Source of the DNA: Mantamonas sphyraenae STR306 | Lineage: Eukaryota > Protista > CRuMs | Assembly: GCA_026936335.1 (NCBI GenBank) | Contig: JAPMXV010000062.1 | Location: 1-64,000, forward strand | Length of the DNA: 64,000 bases | Direction of reading: 5' to 3' | Shown here: piece after piece, positions 59,402 to 64,000 of the stretch | Layout of the letters: every line of letters starts with the position of its first letter | Position numbering within the stretch: the first letter of the stretch is position 1 | Program-made: the position numbers and the translations under genes | Notes under the pieces: model-generated | Told to the model about the DNA's origin: nothing | The model's input: only the letters and a program-made list of their open reading frames with translations | Databases searched by the model: none

Positions 59402-60460
59402 TCACACATCGGCACTGCTTGTTTGCTCCGTAGTCTCCTCGGCACTCTCTTGGGTGTCGGCGTACTGTGTCATCCACAGCTTCTCCTCGTCTTTGCGCAG
59501 GACCGGGAGCGAGGGAATGACCAGCTCCTGCTTTGTGTAGCCGCCTGTTTCGTCAAAGGAGGCGGCCTTGTTGAGGTCTTCGTAGCCGAGTTCACGTTGT
59601 GTGTACTCGCGGGTGAGGTAGTCAGAGCCAAACACATGATGGACGCGTGTGTCGTAGCAGCGCACGACAACTCCGTCCACGCGCATCCACATGCGCTGCA
59701 GGATGAAGAACCCCGATGGCATCACCCGCACACGTACAGTGACAATGCTTGTGCCGTTGTCCGACAGCTCGTCCTCATATAGAATCACCTCCTGCACAAA
59801 AAGCAGCGGCTCTTCCTGCCGCAGCAGATCATAGTCGATTCCCTCCGTGCTCGTGCTCACCAGAGGCATCAGCCCCTTTTTGCTGTCCTCTCCCTCGTCC
59901 CCCTTGCTTACCACGCTCAGCGTGCCGTTGTAGCAGCTGCTGTATGTCCAGTCGAACGTCTGTTCCTGCAGCTCGATCGACTCGTCCTTGGTTCTGTCCT
60001 CCCCTCTGTGTCAGCCCTACTCGAGAGTCACACGGTCGCTAACCAACGCAATTTGCGTTCCCCTCCTGTGTCTCACCACTCACCGTGCCTCCCACAGGTC
60101 CGAGTACGCCACTTTGATCTTCTTGTCCTCGTCCACAGCGGCACAGGGCGCGAGTGCGTCTCGTGCGTTGAACTCGAGTCGGAAGCCGCTTTCCTCGTGC
60201 TCCACCACCAGCTTGTTCTCTCCAAACACCATCTCTGGCAGCTCGGGCAGATGAAGACTCTCGCACCACTCTGCCCGCTCCGACTCGGTCAGGATGACGC
60301 TGCGTGTGCGCAGTACACTCCAGCCGCGAAAGCGCACCCGTCTGTGTTTCCCTCGTCCACATGCTCCACCTTGAACTGCTCCGGGTGTCAATGGGTGGCC
60401 ATGCGTACGCCCAACTCCGTGCAAGACGAGAAGAGTGAGAGAGTGCGTGATACCCACCAT
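59402..60460 (-). CDS. TIPRL: TIP41/TIPRL PP2A regulator; intron 59994-60083, possibly also 60376-60457
   Basis: LPEMVFGEN, FNARDAL, FDWTY, LYEDELSDNG and RVMP...RVDGV. Confidence 0.92.
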
Positions 60461-60462
60461 GG

Positions 60463-61797
60463 TCAAGAAGTGCTCGTTTGTTCTTTGCTGGGCAGGCGCA
60501 CAAGCACACGAATGCGCTTCTGATCAGTCCCATCCATGGCTTGTGTCTCGCGGTCACCCTTGTCCTTGTGCAGTGTCGTGTCTCCGTCTCCTTCCACCTG
60601 CTTTCTCTTTCGCCTGGCACTGTCTTGTTGTCCTTCAATCTTTGCTTCCTCTCCTACCGTCTCCTGCTGCTCCTCCTCAGGCGGCGTCTCTGGCTGTGGT
60701 TCGGGCAACCCCAACTTTTCGCGCACATACTGCATGTTGATGGTCACTGTGTCTGCCTTGCAGTAGCAGGGCTTTGCCTCGCTGCCGTACTTCTCCGCCC
60801 ACAGCGGTGTGGCAAAGTTGACGCTCTCTGCGCAATTGAAGCCCAGATTGAAGCCGCTGTGGTAACCGTAGGGATACGTGATCATCACCTCTCCCTCTTC
60901 CTGTACACAGCGGGAGACGTGGATGCCCCGTTCTTCGAGCAACTCGGGCTCGATCAAGGCCACCTTATGGCGCAGAAACTGGGAGCAGGTGCGTTTCAGT
61001 TCGGGAAACAGCTCTGCCGCAAGTGCCTCCAGTTTGGGGCCCTCGTCGGGAGAGACGCCGTACCAGAATTTGGGCGCCCCAAAGTGAAGAAAGTTGATGG
61101 AGTGCAGATCCATGTCTTCGGTGTGCCAACAGAAGCAGGCCTTCCAGCTGCCAAAGTAGAGATAGGCCTGATTGATTCCCGGCACGTCGGTGCCGTCGAG
61201 GACGTTGAGGACCGACTTGAGCCGGTTGATGTTCCACGGGTTCTCGCGAACGTTCTTGTCGTCGCTGAGTTCAAACAGACTGCCCAGCATGTCTGCGCCG
61301 TACACGGCAGACTTGACATGTGCCCCCTTCCAGAACAGCCGTTCCACTTCGCGGCAGTAGGCCAGCTTGTGTTGTTCGTCGTCAAAGCCGTTGGCAAAGT
61401 CGCCCTGGGCCTTTCGCCGGCTCACCGTCGGCACGTTGCGTTCGTAGCGGCGGCGATACTCGGCCACCGTCATTGCATGGCCCTCCACATTGGCCACGTG
61501 GTACACTCCGTCCGATCCGTACAGTTCCTGGATGATGGGCGATGGGATATTCAGTGCACCGACCTTTTCTGCCAGCGCCTCGTAGTCTGGACACTGCTCA
61601 CGTCGCCACTCTGCCGGAGGCACAATCTTGGCCACGCCAGCCTGACGGAAACGAGGGTCTGCCTCGCATGACTCAACATACGCCTGGAAGTTGGCAAACT
61701 CGTCCGCGGTGGGGCGGAACACAGGCACGTCCAGCGCGAACGCCGGCGTCTCGCGCTGCGACATCCAACTTTCTGGTTGTTGGTCCTGCGCACGCAT
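60463..61797 (-). CDS. KDM4: KDM4/JMJD2-family histone demethylase (JmjN + JmjC only)
   Basis: PVFRPTADEF, GVAKIVPP, YGAD, FCWHTEDMDL and GYHSGFNLGFNCAESVNFA. Confidence 0.92.
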   Translation of the reverse strand: MRAQDQQPESWMSQRETPAFALDVPVFRPTADEFANFQAYVESCEADPRFRQAGVAKIVPPAEWRREQCPDYEALAEKVGALNIPSPIIQELYGSDGVYHVANVEGHAMTVAEYRRRYERNVPTVSRRKAQGDFANGFDDEQHKLAYCREVERLFWKGAHVKSAVYGADMLGSLFELSDDKNVRENPWNINRLKSVLNVLDGTDVPGINQAYLYFGSWKACFCWHTEDMDLHSINFLHFGAPKFWYGVSPDEGPKLEALAAELFPELKRTCSQFLRHKVALIEPELLEERGIHVSRCVQEEGEVMITYPYGYHSGFNLGFNCAESVNFATPLWAEKYGSEAKPCYCKADTVTINMQYVREKLGLPEPQPETPPEEEQQETVGEEAKIEGQQDSARRKRKQVEGDGDTTLHKDKGDRETQAMDGTDQKRIRVLVRLPSKEQTSTS

Positions 61798-61838
61798 CGT
61801 CCACACAGCACAATTCACATCATACAGCAAACAAAAGC

Positions 61839-64000
61839 ATGAGCACGCCGTTGCCAGAGCGTGTGGTGCAAGAATATGCCGACGGGACTCGCTACGAGGT
61901 TGGTTGTTGCCCCTTCGGCTGCCGCTGGAATTCAGCCTTCCAACCCGCCCCTTGCCTCCATGCATGCACACACTGCCCTGAAGATCCCACCCCAGGCCTC
62001 GTGACTTTGTCAAAGTCCCGGGAAAGCGCCCCATGAACCCATGGCCCGTGTCCCCCCATGCCACCACAGCCCGCAAAACGATCGACCCCGCTGCTGACGC
62101 AAACACACAGGGCGATGTCGTCAACGGCCGCCGCGAGGGCCGTGGGACGTACATCTACGGCACCATGTCACGGTACCGTGGCGACCGCTACGAAGGCGAA
62201 TGGAAGGTGAGCACAAGGCAGTGCAGTGCCCGACGATGGCATTGGAGAGTACAGGAGCAGGGTGAAAATCCGTGTTCGGAGCGTGGAGCTGACCCACATG
62301 CACGGCATGTGTCCTTCCATCACAGAACGACATGGCGCACGGGTACGGAGTGTACTATTCGGCCGATGGGAGTGTGTACGATGGCTTCTGGGAGGAAAAC
62401 AAGCGACAGGGCCGCGGAAAAAAGCGGTGGGCAAATGGTGCGTTTCTGGCAGATCTTTGCGGGCGACAGACGACGATGGAGAGGGCCCAATCCACTGCTG
62501 ACACCGCCACACGGCACATATGGACACACACACACACACCCATACGCACACGCGCGCATCAATCAGGGACGGAATACCAAGGAGAGTGGAAGAATGACCG
62601 GCAGCACGGAGACGGGGTGATGACGTGGGAGAACGGCGACGAATACCGGGGCGAGTGGAAGAACAACAAGCAGCACGGCAAGGGACGCAAGGTGTGGAAG
62701 GATGGCACAGTGTATGTTGGCGAATGGGTGATGGGAGACCGCGAAGGCAGGGGCAAGTACAGGTGGGGCGGAGCGTCGTCGTACAAGCAAGACGAGTACA
62801 TGGGCGAGTGGAAGGGAGACGTGGCACATGGCGAGGGCACGTACCGTTCGTCAGATGGATCGTCGTACTCAGGCGGTTGGAAGCACAACATGCGTCATGG
62901 GTTGGGCGAAGTGTGTCGCGCACGGGAGAACGCTATGTGGGTGAATGGGAAGGCGACAAGAAGCATGGCAAGGGCAAAAAGACATGGGTGGATGGCACTG
63001 TGTACGAGGGCATGTGGTGTCAGGGGATCAGGGAGGGCGAAGGCACCTATGTGTATGGCTCGGCGACAGACTTCCAGGGCGATGTGTACCAGGGAGGGTG
63101 GTGTGACGACAAGGCGCATGGATTTGGGGTGTACATTTCGGCAGACGGGAGCACGTATGAAGGCGAATGGGTGCAGAACAGGAGACACGGCCACGGGAAA
63201 AAGGTGAGCGTGTCGGGGGCCGTGTATGAGGGCGAGTGGGTGAACGACAAGGCCGAGGGCCACGGCACAAAGACATACACGTCGGGGGCCACGTATGAAG
63301 GCGAATGGCGAGGGGGCAAGCGACACGGCCAAGGCACGCTGGTGTTTAGCAACCAGGACGTGTACCACGGCGAGTTTGTGGACGATGCGGCCACGGGGCG
63401 TGGGGTGCTCACCAAGGGGGATGGCACCCTGTACGAAGGCGAGTTTGTGGACAGCAAGAAGCATGGCAAGGGGGTGGTATGTTTTCCAGACGGAACCGAG
63501 TATGAGGGCACGTGGAAGGAAAACCTGCGCCATGGCGAGGGCATCCTCACAGAGCCTGGGGGCAAGCGCTTCCGTGTTGCATTTGACCACGACCACGAGG
63601 TGGCACGCACCGAGGTGTCGCCTCGCAAGCACAACCAATCTGTGTCTGTGCAGGCACATTGGCGCCTAGGACAGCCATCGTCGTACAACGCCAGCGCAGG
63701 CAGTGGCAGCAGCAGCAGCAGCAGCAGCAGCACGACGAGCACGACGACGACGACCACCACCACCACGACTGAGGAGGAACGTGCCGAGGTGCAACGCATG
63801 TTGGACATCAAGTTGGGTCCGATGCGCAGGGAAGGAGCCTGGCTGGACAAGATGTTGGACGAGGTGGGAGAGTTGTCTGACGAAGACGAGGAGACCACGG
63901 GGATTCGGTATGGGACCGGGGCGGGGGCTGGTGTCCATGGTGAACGTGATGATGACAACGACGACGACGATGACGATGACGACGACGATGATTTTGATGA
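61839..64000 (+). CDS. MORN-repeat protein, 3' end beyond window; introns 61899-62110, 62207-62325, 62438-62566; frameshift near 62912
   Basis: Many YxGxWxxxxxxGxG repeats; an acidic tail runs off the window. Confidence 0.88.

Noticed and set aside
1-64000. Stop-codon reassignment
   Set aside because: TGA, TAA and TAG all end genes, and apparent in-frame stops are explained by introns or frameshifts.

Overview
Left end of a eukaryotic chromosome. A (CCCTAA)n telomere (1-156) is followed by about 30 very tightly packed protein-coding genes with short GT-AG introns, consistent with a compact-genome free-living protist; I cannot name the species. Recognisable genes: a bacterial-type GNAT, an ARID2/Rsc9-like protein, an alpha/beta hydrolase, TEX10/Ipi1, a DENN protein, a RhoGEF, a two-pore channel, an SK-type K+ channel, mitochondrial ClpB/Hsp78, SEN2, a glutaminase-like protein, NIPA, TRM13, an SH3/IQ protein, a dipeptide epimerase, two CHY zinc-finger copies, an ABCB half transporter, a DUF1647-like protein, an STK11IP-like LRR protein, a RING protein, TAF8, TIP41, KDM4 and a MORN protein. 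Highlights: (1) 4 of 7 co-oriented gene pairs have stop and start codons overlapping or 2 nt apart (ATGA, ATGA, TGATG, TGA-CC-ATG), suggesting operon-like bicistronic expression or translational coupling; (2) a motor-less protein carries three dynein-stalk microtubule-binding domains plus SH3 and IQ motifs; (3) a glutaminase has lost essentially its whole catalytic set; (4) a 4.2-kb cassette sits between ~0.9-kb inverted copies of an intact gene; (5) an unknown four-module protein starts 265 bp from the telomere. Several 1-2 nt frameshifts probably reflect assembly errors. All family calls come from recalled motifs and manual splice-phase checks, not database searches.
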